The translations under genes were made by a program, and so were the position numbers. From assembly GCA_964016885.1 (NCBI GenBank), contig OZ024742.1:202802001-202866000 (forward strand): a stretch of 64,000 bases of DNA. Direction: 5' to 3'. Source of the stretch: Eledone cirrhosa (lineage: Eukaryota). Below the pieces are notes generated by a model. It saw nothing but the letters and a program-made list of their open reading frames with translations. It did not search any database and was not told the DNA's origin. Shown here piece after piece: positions 22,321 to 36,200 of the stretch. The stretch's first letter is position 1, and each line of letters begins with the position of its first letter.

Positions 22321-22959
22321 CTCTACATTCCTTACATCAAACTAAAATATGTTGACAATCTTTTAATAATGTCTTCCTTGTGAAATGTGTGGTCTTGTTT
22401 TGCTTAACTAATGAATATATATATCATAATCTATAAAGCTCAGTGTGTGGTCATGCTCCTTTCTTATAGAAATCTACGATATAGAATTTCTTCAATTGAA
22501 ATTTACCATTCAGTATTCGAAATAGCTTCGATTTTCAATTTCAACCACAATTACGCAAAAAATAGATAAAACTCAATATTTTACGATTTTTCTCTGTCAT
22601 TTAAACTGATAAACTCTTTCCACTACCATTCAAAATCTATACAACTTCATACTTTCTGCTACTTTCTCTTTCCAAGCTTGATGGTGATACTGTCCGTTTT
22701 ACTCTCTCATATCATCTGCTTACCTCTATCTACAACCCACACATTTTGCTACTTTCTCTTTTATACTTCAAACTTACTGATTTATTTCCAAACGCATACA
22801 AACACACACTCACTTATTATTCAAAAGCAACAGATACATTTATTCAACAACAAGCGATAAATCTTTTTTAAAACCTCTTTTCCAAACGCATACATACACA
22901 CACTCACTTCAACAACAACAGCAACAATCTGCCTTTTATAGATAATGATAAACAATAAT

Positions 22960-23143
22960 ATCCTCTATGAGGTCACTAAACCTGCTAGAAACAGCAGCTA
23001 ACTCTCCCCCATACCACACCCCTCCCTACTGTCTTAAATTTAGAAAACACATATCCTCTATGAGGTCACTAAACCTGCTAGAAACAACAGCTAACTCTCC
23101 CTCATATCACAACCCTCCCTACTGTCTTAAGTTTAGAAAACAC
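22960..23143 (+). repeat. 92-bp tandem duplication (SINE tail-like)
   Basis: ATATCCTCTATGAGGTCACTAAACCTGCTAGAAAC... occurs twice. Confidence 0.8.
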
Positions 23144-23149
23144 AGACAA

Positions 23150-23428
23150 CCATGCAGAACAACTCCATCGCAGCTCTGTTGTTCGGCTGGCATCGTCTAC
23201 GCGCGTGTTGCGCAAGTACGGTGAAACAATAAATTTCAACACTTTTTTGCACAGAGATAATATCCATAGGCGAAACTACAATTGTCACTGCTGGCGCAGC
23301 TCCTGCTTCCAGGTCTGCAATTCATTCACCCAGTGCCTGGCAGACAAAAAAGTGCTGCCATAAAATGGGTAGTGCAACCTAACTTTGGTAACTTAATGAC
23401 CCTGAGCAACGCCGGGCTTTAATGCTAG
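23150..23428 (+). mobile_element. Helitron 3' terminal fragment
   Basis: Ends CCTGAGCAACGCCGGG-N8-CTAG|T, the same terminus type as 19273. The 5' boundary is uncertain. Confidence 0.55.
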
Positions 23429-24530
23429 TATATATATATATATATATATATATACATGCATACATACTTACATACACATCTGTCTCGCTATCAATTTATC
23501 TAAACACACTTATACACAGACTGCTTTTTCTGTGACAGGTAATTAAATGACAATGATTTATTTAGAAAACATATACACCCCCTCCGTACCTTTTTTTATA
23601 TGTACATACCCATGCATATACATACATACATACACCTACCCAAATCACATACACACACAGTGATACAGACACAATCACAAAAAAACTAACATGAAATGGT
23701 ACATATAAATAACACATCACCACCACTGTAACCCCCCCCCTCCTGACAACATCTGGAACAGTCTGCTCAACACAGTTACCATACCACGCCCACCACTACT
23801 TCCCACCCACCCAATACCATACCACCACCACTAACTGACAAAAGTGTCATCATCATCAACAACACCACCACCACCACCACCACCACCACTATCATAATCA
23901 TCATCACCACAATCATAATAATCACCACCACCACCATCATAATCATCACCACCACCACTATCATCATCACCACCACTATCATAATCATCACCACCACCAC
24001 TATCATCATCACCACCACTATCACAATCATCATCACAACCACCACCACTATCACTATCATCATCACCACCACCACCACTATCACTATCATCATCACCACC
24101 ACCACTATCATCACAACCACCACCACTATCACAATCATCACAACCACCACCACTATCACTATCATCATCACCACCACCACCACTATCACTATCATCATCA
24201 CCACCACCACTATCATCACAACCACCACCACTATCACAATCATCACAACCACCACCACTATCATAATCATCATCACAACCACCACCACTATCATAATCAT
24301 CATGATAACCACTCCCACTACAGTCATTATCTCCTCCACTGCCACCCTATCATTGCAAGAATAACCAATGCAACCTCCTCTATTGGTTACCACTATCACC
24401 ATCATCATCATTGTTGGGTCACGCTGTTAATATACCTGCTTCCATAGCAACCAGTATATACCTTTATATTTCTACTACAACCAATGCACATCTACAACCA
24501 CTATACTGCCACTACTACTACCATATTATA

Positions 24531-24703
24531 GTTTAAGAGGGTCAGATGCCATGCTTTGATGCATAGAGTTACGGCCCTTGCCATTCTGAGTTCAAATCCC
24601 GCCAAGGTTAACTTTGCTTTTCATCCTTATGGGGTCGATAAAATAAAGTACCAGTAATGCACTGGTTAATTGCTGGCCTTGTGTCAAAAGTAGAAACAAT
24701 TAT
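24531..24703 (+). mobile_element. SINE family 1, 5'-truncated
   Basis: B-box, central domain and tail present. Confidence 0.8.
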
Positions 24704-25010
24704 AGTTTATCCATCACACATGTTTATATATCATTAGATATATCTTTATCTAATATATATATATCATCATCACCATTTAATGTCCATTTTTCCATGCTAG
24801 CATGATTTAGATAAGTTGTCCTGTTGCGAGACAAGGAAGGTCGGATAACCATGTCTTGCTCATACAGAACTGATTTTGGCTTGGTTTCTATGGCTGGAAG
24901 CCCTTCCTAAAACCAACCACATTTACAGTGTGTTGGGTGCTTTTTGTCAGGACACCTACGCGACCACTTTACAATGTGGGCTGGGTGCTTTTTTGTGTTA
25001 CCAACACATT

Positions 25011-25044
<34 letters not shown>

Positions 25045-25525
25045 TTGTATGTAGTTGGTGGCCAAGAAAAGAGTACTCAATACCGAAGTATAGTTCAAAT
25101 ATTCATTTTATAAGGCTAAATATTTAATATAAAGAGTGGTGTGCTCATGCACAGAGATGCTATAAAATAGCTTATAAATTATGGTGAAAACCCTTAAAAA
25201 TGGAAAAAGAACCTCATATCTCTCAGATATCGACTTAATGGTTCAAAGCGCCTAGCCAGTATCTAGGAGATACAAAGTTCAATTTCTCATTGCAGCTGAT
25301 GACTTCTTTTTCTGTCATTAAGGGTCTTCACCCTTTTGTAAAAGTCTGAGAGATCAACTATATATATATACACACACATATATATATATATATATAAAAT
25401 AAAAATATATGATTCCAGTTCCTCAGAGGAATAACAACACAAACAGGAGCTGGACATATCGATGTATTGACGGAGTGAAACACACTTCACCGACATGAGT
25501 ACCTGTCTTTTCCACACCAATTTGG

Positions 25526-25580
25526 ACTGCCTGAAGAGGTCACAGCCAATGATAGCTGTCACTGAAATATATATAGCAGT
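25526..25580 (+). ncRNA. Type I hammerhead ribozyme
   Basis: ACUGC-CUGAAGA-GGUCACAGC[CAAUGAUA]GCUGUCACU-GAAA-UAUAUA-UA-GCAGU: 5-bp stem I, 9-bp stem II (one C-C mismatch), palindromic stem III. Confidence 0.75.
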
Positions 25581-27580
25581 ATATCTATAATTTATAATAA
25601 ACGAAGCCAAATTTTACATATTTGACTTAATTATTTTACATTACTTCGGAGTAAACAAACCAACCTGCGCACTTCGTCGAGTACTCCAATCTGCATACTG
25701 AGGTGTCGGTAAACAACCAACATATACTCTCTCTATATATATATATTCAAAATAGGGGGCACACAGGACAAAGACAATAGAAAAAACAATGGAAAGATGG
25801 ACAGTCCCATCTTCACAGTCAATCTCAGGAAATCACTTCAGTTTTGGTGCATTAAGGTTGATACCTATATTATTTATTTATGTTCATACATGGAACAAAA
25901 GTGCTACCTAAGGTTTCAATGCCCAATTTTGACCATCTCCCTAGATTGTAAAAGTGATCAAATTTGTGACCTGGTTATCAGCCTTTTGGATGAGTTTGAA
26001 GATACTGTTATAAATATAGTGTGTAAAACAGTTCTTTATGAAAACGTAGTATAACAAAGGGAAATAACTCAAAGATGTACAACTGAAATAGCAATGTAGG
26101 TGTACATGTGGGCAATATAGCAGATGTATGGTTTTATGGGGTGGTATGTAATATAGAGATGTTTCTATTTATTAAGCTATGGAGTAGAGTAGTATAGATG
26201 GTGTACCATATTATCTAAGTGTGAAAAAAGAAAAGTTATTAAGAAAGTATATTAATCAATATTAAGTTGGTTGAAAATCAGTTGAAATCGTTGAGTGATT
26301 CCTCTTAGCAAGTCGGGATATACATATATGTATAGAGAGGGAGGAGGGGAGAGAGAGAGAAAGAAAAACAAGATATTACTAGTCAAGACTAGTAAGAGTA
26401 TCGTAACATTTATTCCTCTATCTTTAGCATTTAAACTGGCCGTGTCCAGCCAGAATTCTCTCACCTCTTTCTGGTCAAACTGGCTGCTCATACTTTTGTT
26501 AAGGTATTGTTCTCAAAATAAATACTATCAAAATCTCAGTTCAATATTATGTGAGATAGAGCTTATACTGTGAAAATATAATAGTATGTATAGAGTAATG
26601 TAAATGCTAAAATGTTAAGGAAGGTAAAGTGTAGATATTATGCAACACTCACACCCCAACACCATTCACAAAATACACATTCTTGGGTCCCAAATAATTG
26701 GTGGGGGAGGGGATGGAATAATCGGAGAGGGAAGGTGGCACTGGAATAAGCAGGGGGAGGGGAATCAGTAATCTTTTCTAGGTTGTCTCCACTGATTTTT
26801 TTTTAAAACCAGAATTAGTCATTTAGTTTACATATTGAGACCCCCAACTCATCTTGTTTATTTTATAACATATGAGATTTCTAATAATGTACTTTTTTGT
26901 CATGTATATTTGTTAATGTATAAAGAAAATTAATTGTTGTTAGCACTTAAAATAAAATTTCACCGCAAAATTTAATAAGCGGTGTGGGGGAGGGCTGGAA
27001 AAATCTGAAAAATTAATAAGCAGGACAGGGAGAAACGATTATTCAAGACCCCTAGAGCAGATCTACACAATTTTGTTTGTAACAACATTAATGAAATGAC
27101 AATGATAGCTGAACTGTACCAAACAACCAGAACACATGCAGACACAGATACTAGCTAGTACATGAGACAATTACATTACTCCCCATCACCACAGACTAAG
27201 AAAATACAATTTTTAATTAGTGACTCACTAAGAAGCCCATTACCCTACCTCCCCCAGCTTCCATAATAATAACTTATCACTCTACCAACTATATGACTGT
27301 CATATTATCCCATATACTGACCCCTTGGGTGTTTCAAATCCATGTTATTCTTGTTCTGAGTTTTATTTTACTTTGGTCCCATTGTCATTTCCCCTTTCCA
27401 CTTCTTCAATGACATCCCCCTCATTGCTTGATTGACAACTGTCAATCAATTTATAGCTACCCCCCTCCTCCCATGAGATGGATTTGGCTGATGTTAACAT
27501 AATGTGATTGATTCTTTTCCCCCCTCCCCCATTTCCATTGAGCTGATTTAAGCTTAACTGTGAGGTATTCTATCACACTA

Positions 27581-28750
27581 ATAATAATTGTTTCTATTTT
27601 TGGCACAAGGCCAGCAAATACCCAGGACATTACTGGTACTTTATTTTATCGACCCCGTAAGGATGAAAGGCAAAGTTAACCTCGACGGGACTTGAACTCA
27701 GACTGTAAAGGGACGTAACTATGCTGGAAAGCATGGCGTCTGACACTCTACCGATACTGCCAGGCACAAAGCCAACAATTTTGGGAGAGAAGAATGTTGA
27801 TTAAATCAACGCCAGTGTGTTAGATGTGCTTTATTTTATTGACTCCATAAGGATGAAAGACAAAGCTGACCTCAGCAAGATTTGAACTCAGAACATAAAG
27901 GACTATGCTGCAAATTAAGTTGTCTGACGCTCTACTGATACTGCCAATCCATAACCCTATTATTGTTATGGTTGGGCTTTCTTCCCGAGTAACCCTCAGT
28001 GGTCTACCCTTCTATTGGGTATTTTTTCTTTGTTTCTATTTTTCTGTTACATCTTTAGTTTTTGTATCCTTTTTATTTTTACCGTCCTGTACTGTCATGT
28101 GCTGTCCTTAATGTATTTTTTGAAAACCCTTTGGAGTTAATAAAGAAGTAATTATTATTGTTGATTGTATGAAGGGGACTAATAATTGTTTCTATTTTTG
28201 GCACAAGGCCAGCAATTACCCCAGTGTATTACTGGTACTTTATTTTATCGACCCTGTAAAGATGAAAAGCAAAGTTAACCTCAGCGGATATGAACTCAGA
28301 CCATAAAGGGCCAAGTTAAACTTGGTGGGATTTGAACTCAGAATGTAAAGGGCCCTAACTATGCCACAAAGCATGTTGTCTGACGCTCTACTGATACTGC
28401 CAATAATGATTTCTAGTATAGGTACAAGGCCAGTCATTTAGGGGGAGGGGAAAGTCGATTAAATCGACCCCAGTACGTTACTGGTACTTTATTGTATCGA
28501 CCCTGTAAGGATGAAACGCAAAGTTAAACTCAGAGGGATTTGAAATCAGACTGTAAAGGGCAGTAACTCTATGTTGCAAAGCATGGTGTCCAACTCCACA
28601 GATACTGCCAATCCACAGCCATTGGAGAGGACTAATAATAATAAAGATAATAATGGTTTCTGATTTAGGCACAAGGTCAACAATTTTTGGGGAGGGGAAA
28701 ATCAATTAAATTGACCCCATAAGGATGAAAAGCAAAGCTAACTTTCGCAG
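27581..28750 (-). mobile_element. Cluster of ~5 SINE family 1 copies, all minus strand, some nested or partly duplicated
   Basis: Copies at ~27581-27762, 27763-27950, 28181-28402, 28403-28618 and 28650-28750, each with GTACTTTATTTTATCGACCC..GGATGAAA-like sequence. Confidence 0.85.
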
Positions 28751-30167
28751 CTTTTGTATGGGCTTCTACCTGAATTACCATAAAGTGCAATCCTCCACTA
28801 TTGGGGAACTTGTCCTTGTTAACATTTGTTATTGTTTTCTATTGTTATATATATATGTGTATATATATATATATATAACAGGTAAAAAGAGGATTAACAT
28901 GGATAAGTGATATAACAGGGTTTATTCCAAGCATTAACATATGTTTCATCACCTAATTAGCAATGGATTCTTGTCTTGAACTAAGGTAACCCAAAACAAT
29001 ATCTCGTTCACTTTGATATATATATATATGTATGTATACATATTACAATTTCTATTATTGTTATTCTTATTGTTTTGGGGTTGTTGGTGACTCCCCCCTT
29101 CCTTTACTCAATGTAAATAAATCCAATTCTGTATTGTTTTTGTCCTTGAAAGGTCACCATTGTCTAGGCTCCTTGTGGCCAATAACAGGAATCATTATGA
29201 TTACTAGCAGAAAAACCACCCTTCGGATGGTTTTCTGCTAGTATGTGTAGTATGCATATTTATATTATATGCAAATATATATGCATTTAGATATGATACG
29301 TCAAATAAAATCGTAATTGAGAATATGCACACAAATTGAAGAGAGACTGTGTTACACTCTCTTCTGTAATCAGTAAAGTAATCCATTTAAAAAAGACAAT
29401 ATTATATAAAAACTGCATAATGGCACTATTTTATGAAAACAAAAAAGGAGAAAATTAGTGACGGGAATATAAATGTTATATAATGATGCAATTATATGAA
29501 CGTTTATATAAACAATATAATATAAAGTCCATTATATCATAACTGGAAGTATTGACATTTGAAAATTTTAAAAGAAGTGAATCTTAAAATAAGCAACAAT
29601 ATTATTTATATTTAATCAAGCGTTACAAAATTTAGTACATAAATTATGTAATATTCATTCATTATTTATTCAAAGTAATCCAACTTATTTTACAAACGGG
29701 ATAAAAAATATATTTAGGACGCAGTCCTGCACTCCTCCCTTTATTATATTATGATTATGAGGATGGGGTGTAGCATCACATGTGAACTTACAATTGTAGG
29801 GTTTATGACTAGAAAGAAACGCAAAAGAATACAAAATGCACAAAACAAAAACAAAAAAAAAGTGCAAGAGCATTGATTCTTGATAGAGTAACATGTGTAA
29901 CCATCTGGTAACATGTGGTAAGATAGAGCTGCCTTTAGTCACACTCAGTTATAAGTAAACAAATGTTCCCAGGTCACCAATATTCAAGCTAGTGCCAACA
30001 GCTGCCATTAACCACAATATATAAAACATTAAATTGTGATATGGAAAACTAGCAAGCAGTAGCAAATTATAGTAATAATTTATTGGAGAGATCTCTTTGT
30101 TAGTGTGCACGTATTTGTATGTATGGATGTTTGTATGAATCTATATATATATATGTCTGTGTGTGTA

Positions 30168-30361
30168 TAATAATTGTTTCTACTTTTGGCACAAGGCCAG
30201 CAATTATCCCAGTGCATTACTGGTACTTTATTTTATCGACCGCGTAATGATAAAAGGTAGAGTTAACCTCGGCGGGATTTGAACTCAGACCATAAAAGGC
30301 TGTAACTCTATACTGCAGAGCATGGCATCTGACTCCCTTCCGATACTGCCAATCCACCGCC
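30168..30361 (-). mobile_element. SINE family 1, full-length
   Basis: Reverse complement of the 21037 type. A 3' fragment also lies at 31846-31923. Confidence 0.85.
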
Positions 30362-32970
30362 CTGTGTGTGTATAATAATAATGTTTTCTTTATTAACCAC
30401 AAGGGTTGACACAAAGTATAACATTAAGGACAGTACAGGACAGTACAAATGGGCGTTTCTGCATGTAAAAACAAAACATAAAACAAAAACAAAGGATGTA
30501 AAAAAATTGAAACAAAAGAAAAAAAAACCAATAGAGGGGAGACCACCGAAGGTTACTCATGGAGAAATCCTACAAAAGCCATGGTCACTCTGACCTCTAG
30601 GAGAAGTGCCCTCTAATGATGAAAATTATTGTGTACAGTTCTCAGGTGCACTACAACTCATCAAATGTGCATGTATATGACATAGAATAATGTACAAATG
30701 TCAGGAAAGTGAACAGTGTATGAGTGATGATATACACACATACACACACACATCTGTACATGTGTATGGAGGAGGAATATCAAGTGTAGTGCTGGCAAAT
30801 TTCAAGAATATTGTAAGTTAACTGTCTTGGCTATTTCAGATACTGAACCAAAATCATATTCACCAGCAATCAAGATCACCAGAAACAAAATAGCCAGGGT
30901 GACACAGCCCTACTAAATGACATATCAGTGTCCAGTGCTGATACTACAAATGTAACACCAGTCCTATTGGTAAATGTCAAATACCAATATCAGTAAAATC
31001 CACTGAGAGACCTAACATAAAGCATCAGAGTAATATACATGGCATTAACAGAAACTCACCTAGCAACTAACATAGTAGAAGTTATCTATTATCGTAATTA
31101 GCATGTAAACAGCTTCAGGTTGTTACTAGTACTTTGCCTTATTCATGCATGTGTCCACACTGTGTCCACAATGATGGTAAAAGTCTATCTCACATCAATG
31201 AATGAATTAGTATAGTTCAAATGTGTCTCTGCATTGAAGTTGTAAAGTGGTTGGTGTTAGGAAGGGCATCCAGCTGTAAAAAAACCTGCCAGAGACACTT
31301 CCGTATGTGCAAGACACGGTCTCCTGACCATTCCCGCATCAAATGAAACAAAACCATCTAACCCATACTAGCGTGGAAGATGGACGTAAAACGACGATGA
31401 TGATGATATATTGAAAAACATCCTGCCATTATATTCATCAAAGGTCATTTATTGAAATGGAACCAGCAGGAGGGCACTTTTACAACACCTTTCTAAAGCA
31501 CTCCTTAAACACCCTAACATCTCCCAACACCACTCCCAATCAATTATCTTGTTACCATTCACTATTTTCCGTATATATATATATATACGCTTTAATTCCT
31601 TTAAATCTTCATCAACACTCCTTCACTCCAAAACTCATTAACAATGCACATGCCCCCCGCCCCCCACACCCAAATTTCTTATATATAGAGCCACATATCA
31701 CAACACAACCTGAGATCAGTTTGACAATCGCCACGAACGAATGCGACAAAGTTCTCCAGGAATGTTAAGCAGGAATCTTTAAAAACCTCCCCAGCGAATT
31801 TAACAAAGAACTTACTAGATCTACAAAACCAAATTGTAAAACGGTAATTGTTTCTTCTTTTGGCACAAGGCCAGCAATTATCCCAGCGCATTACTGGTAA
31901 TTTATTTTATCGACCCCATAAGGAAACAGTAAAATCATAATATTATAAAATTAAATTAAATTGTTTAGAATTACAAGTGAAGACATTCTTTTCCTTTTTT
32001 TTTAAACATACCTAACTGTATCAAGGAATTTGCACAATTTCCAATATATATATATATACATATCATATAAAATTATATATGTCAAGGGCGGTGCCCCAGC
32101 ATGGCCTCAGCCGGATGGCTGAAACAGGTAAAAGAGTAAAAGATATATATATATATATATACATTCACTTACACACATATATCATCATCACCACTGCCAT
32201 CACCATTTAATGCTAGTATAAGTTGCGTGGGTGTGTGTATTTATATATATGCATTAGATGTTACAAGTCTATTATCCAGCATGGTACCTGATACTTTAAT
32301 GAAGTGCAGATAATACAAGAATATATGTGTGTGAATGTGTGTGATTGACTGTGTGTACTCTTGTTTCCTTTTTGTCAAAATGCATCAACTAACATAACAT
32401 ACAAACAATACATCACATTTGTATACTACAACGCACTACTCACACAAGCCCCCCCCCCTCCCTCTCTCTTTGTAATGTAATATTGTCAAATTAGTAAAAT
32501 TAATTAGATGTCATCATACAACACATGCACACAGGCATGAAAATATACATATATATATATAATATATATATGTGTGTGTGTATGTATATATGTACACATA
32601 TGTGAATATATATATATATACACACACATCACCATCATGTTTATCATTTAACATCTGTCTTCCACGCTAGCATGGGTTAGACGTGAATTGTCCCACTTGA
32701 GGCAAGATTGATCGGGTGACCATGTCTCGCTTGTATTAGACCGACTCTGGCAGGTTTTCTATGGCTGGATGCCATTCTTAACACCAACCACATTTACAGA
32801 GTGGACTGGGAGCCTTTTTACTGTGTCTCCTACATGACCACATATACATACACATAAAATACACACCTAATAAAGATATATCATATATATATATACGCAC
32901 ACACACATATATGTGCGTATATATATGTGTGTGTGTGTGTATCCTCTAATGTATATATACATATATATAT

Positions 32971-33436
32971 ATGAATTTATATACAGTGTATTTTGCAATA
33001 CACTGTATGCTTAATTTAAAGCATTTTGAAGATCATACACTATTGTTTTAAAATAGTGACAATGTCACTTATTTAAATTTTCAGCAAACAGGGGAGATAA
33101 ACTGACAGAGCTCTGTTTCGTACTTTTTGGTACTTATCAAAGCTCACTACTCCTCCTGTTTGCTGAAAATTATGTGTGTTGGATTCTTATAGAATTCCAG
33201 TAATAATCAGGAACTGAAAATTTAAATAAGTGACATTGTCACTATTTTAAAACAATAGCATATGGTCTTCAAAATGCTTTTAATTAAGCATACAGTGTAT
33301 TGCAAAATACACTATATATAAATTCATATATATATATCGCTATTTGAGATCACCAATTCTAATTTTCAATTTCTGCTGGACCGGCTCTGTATAATCAGTT
33401 CCTGATTATTACTGGAATTCTATAAGAATCCAACAC
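32971..33436. repeat. Nested inverted repeats around an HHR
   Basis: 32971-33083 is the reverse complement of 33215-33328, 33076-33096 pairs with 33150-33171, and 33176-33217 pairs with 33396-33436. Confidence 0.85.
33097..33147 (-). ncRNA. Type I hammerhead ribozyme, U3:A8 core variant, GUC cleavage site
   Basis: GUGAGCU-UUGAUAA-GUAC[CAAAAA]GUAC-GAAA-CAGAGCUCUG-UC-AGUUUAU, with 12-nt palindromic stem III. Stem I is extended by a further ~21-bp helix. Confidence 0.8.
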
Positions 33437-35709
33437 TCATGAATGCCATCCTGCAGTCGAGCACCTGGCAGTGCATCTCGAAAATGGCCAGTGAGTTTTC
33501 TTCCATCCAGAACAGGCTGCTCAAATTGTTCAAGAACCACCAAAGAATACAACCCTTACGATCTTTTTCAAGCTCTGCCAAGAAGACGAATTCGCACAAA
33601 CACTCTTCTATAGGCAACTTCCCCGCTTCTACACATGGAACAAACCAAGCTGAACGTGGCAGCCTCAAATCGAGGACACCCTCAAATCAAGTCAGCAGAT
33701 GTTCTTGGAAGGGTCTACAGCGTCCATCCGACTCAGTTCGAGTGTTTCTTCCTAAGAATGCTCCTGTTCGAGGTTAGAGGACCACAGTCTTTCCAAGATC
33801 TGAGAACCATCAATGGCCATCAATGTTCCACTTATCGTTTGGCTTGCCAGATGCGAGGTATGTTACACGATGACAGCCATTGGCACCTCACTCTGCAAGA
33901 AGCAGCAACTGCTAAAACCCTTCTCAGCTGCGAAAACATTTTGCTATTATGCTGCACAACTGCGATCTCGCTGACCCTCTCGCACTATGGAACAACCACC
34001 GCGAAAGTCTAGCTGAGAACATCCTCCACCGCACACGCAGACACAATCCGAACGTAACATACAATGTCATTTTCAATGAGGTGCTCATTTGTCTTGAAAA
34101 CAGTGTCCTGGAGATTGGTGGTAGGCCTCTAAGTCACTACGGCTTATCTGCTCCTGACAGGAGTGTCCAGAGGTCAACATCTACAGAGCTTCTCTGCGAG
34201 ACGAACTACGAGATCAGTGCTCTTCATGAGTTTATTAATACCAACGAACCCAAATTGATCCATGATCAGCAACTGGGTTACAGCACCATTGTTGATGATG
34301 TGACAACCAACAAGGGTGGCCTCTACTTTGTTGATGCTCCAGGAGGCACGGGAAAGACATTTGTCATCAACCTCTTACTTGCAACAGTGAGAAAGAAAAG
34401 GTGGATTGCACTGGCCGTTGCTTCCTCTAGAATTGCAGCGATTCTTCTCTCCAAAGGTTGCAACACTCATTCCAGTTTCAAACTCCCGCTGAACCTTGCG
34501 AAGATTGAAACTCCAATCTGCAACATTCAATGCGGAAGTGCTCTGGCTGATCTCATCAAGCAGTGTCACCTCATTGTCTGGGATGAATGCACTATGGCTC
34601 ACAAAGGTACTTATTTCTAATTTGGGCGTCATTTTTGTTTTTCTACTTCTTTGTTTTTTGGCACTTTTGGCATCCTCCTATAATTCCTTTTTCATGTTTT
34701 TTTTTCTCACAGTTGCTTTTGACAGGACACTGCAAGACGTTCGAGGAAATAACTCCGTCATGGGAGGCGTTACCTTTGTCATGGCTGGTGACTTCAGACA
34801 AACACTTCCAGTTATCCCTCGCGGAACTCGAGCTGACGAGGTGAAGGCATCAATTAAGTCTTCATACCTCTGGAACAAAATCTCAAAGCTCAGTCTGTCA
34901 ACCAATATGAGGGTTCACCTGCTTGGTGACCAATAAGCAGGAATTTTTGCACAGCGCCTACTTGAGCTTGGAAGAGGGACAAGTGCTGGTGATGGACTCA
35001 TTGGTGTGGATTGAATTAGAATGGTCGTCCAGACAGAAGAAGAACTTTCATCCAAAGTCTTCCCACGGCTGTCTGAGAATTTCACTTTCCATGATTGGCT
35101 CTGTGAAAGAGCAATACTTGCACCAAGAAATGACAGTGTCAGAGACATCAACGATACGCTGCTTAAGCAGATCCCTCGGCCTATTCACACGTACAAGTCA
35201 ATCAATTGTGTGGTTGACACTGATGTGGCAGTTCAATACCCAGTGGAATTCTTGAACGCTCTTGATTTGCCAGGAATCCCTCCACACAGGTTGCAGTTAA
35301 AGTTTGGTGCCCCTATCATCCTGCTGCGAAATCTGAACCCACCAAAGCTCTGCAATGGAACACGACTTGCAGTGAAGCAGATGCTGCGTCATGTCATTGA
35401 AGCCACAATCATAACTGGAGTTGGTAGGGGGAAGATGTATTTATTCCTTGCATCCCGTCACTGACAGCCGACTTACCCTTTGGGTTCAAGCGACTTCAAT
35501 TTCCAATAAGACTAAGCTTCGCGATTACCATCAACAAAGCTCAGGGTCAAACCCAACAAGTGGCTGGCCTTCATCTTGGAAAACCATGCTTCTCCCATGG
35601 TCAATTGTATGTAGAATGCTCTAGGGTGAGCTCGCCAAACAATCTCTTCATCTTTGCTCCGGAGGGCCGAACAAAAAATATTGTATACTCTGAGGCTCTA
35701 ACAATGTAA
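33436..35709 (+). pseudogene. Helitron Rep/Pif1-like helicase, 5'-truncated and frameshifted
   Basis: HPAVEHLAVHLENG, ECFFLRMLL..VRGPQSFQDLRT, DAPGGTGKT (Walker A), WDECTM, AGDFRQTLPV, ERAILAPRN, LLRNLNPPKLCNGTRL, and frameshifted FAITINKAQGQ / FSHGQLYV. Confidence 0.92.
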
Positions 35710-35751
35710 TATAAATATTTTCAGTTACTTGGAATCCTAAAAACTATTCAA

Positions 35752-35803
<52 letters not shown>

Positions 35804-35822
35804 CATACATATATATCTATAC

Positions 35823-35855
<33 letters not shown>

Positions 35856-35893
35856 TCTTTATATATATATATATATTTATATATATGTATAGA

Positions 35894-36059
35894 TATGGAC
35901 ACACTAGAAGAGGAAGACCAAGGTTAACATATGTTGATGCCCTAAGGACAGACACTGGTCTGTTGGAGATGCAGGATATGGCAGCGATAATGAGGGACAG
36001 AGACCGCTGGAGAGAACTCGTCCATGGATCTCGGGAATTTTACCCGCCTTAGATAGATA
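35894..36059 (+). mobile_element. RTE family C 3' end with (TAGA)n tail
   Basis: [16 protein letters not shown]...[10 protein letters not shown]; near-identical to 55330-55497. Confidence 0.85.
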
Positions 36060-36130
36060 TATATATATATATATATACATATATAAAATAACAGGAGGCT
36101 GGACTGGTGTACTTCCTTGAAAGGTTTATT

Positions 36131-36200
36131 ATACTATGATCATTTCAATGATCATTTCAATGACGAGGTTCAGTATGAATCCGGTGACATCATCAGGTAT
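36131..36200 (-). ncRNA. Decayed type I hammerhead with duplicated stem III segment
   Basis: AUAC-CUGAUGA-(imperfect stem II)-GAAA-UGAUCA-UU-GAAA-UGAUCA-UA-GUAU. Confidence 0.5.

Noticed and set aside
25900-25985. Minus-strand CTGATAA...GAAACCTTAGGTA
   Set aside because: C3/A8 mismatch with no stem I or II pairing.
28930-28960. Minus-strand GAAACATATGTT half-hammerhead
   Set aside because: No upstream CUGANGA found; possibly a truncated relic, not counted.
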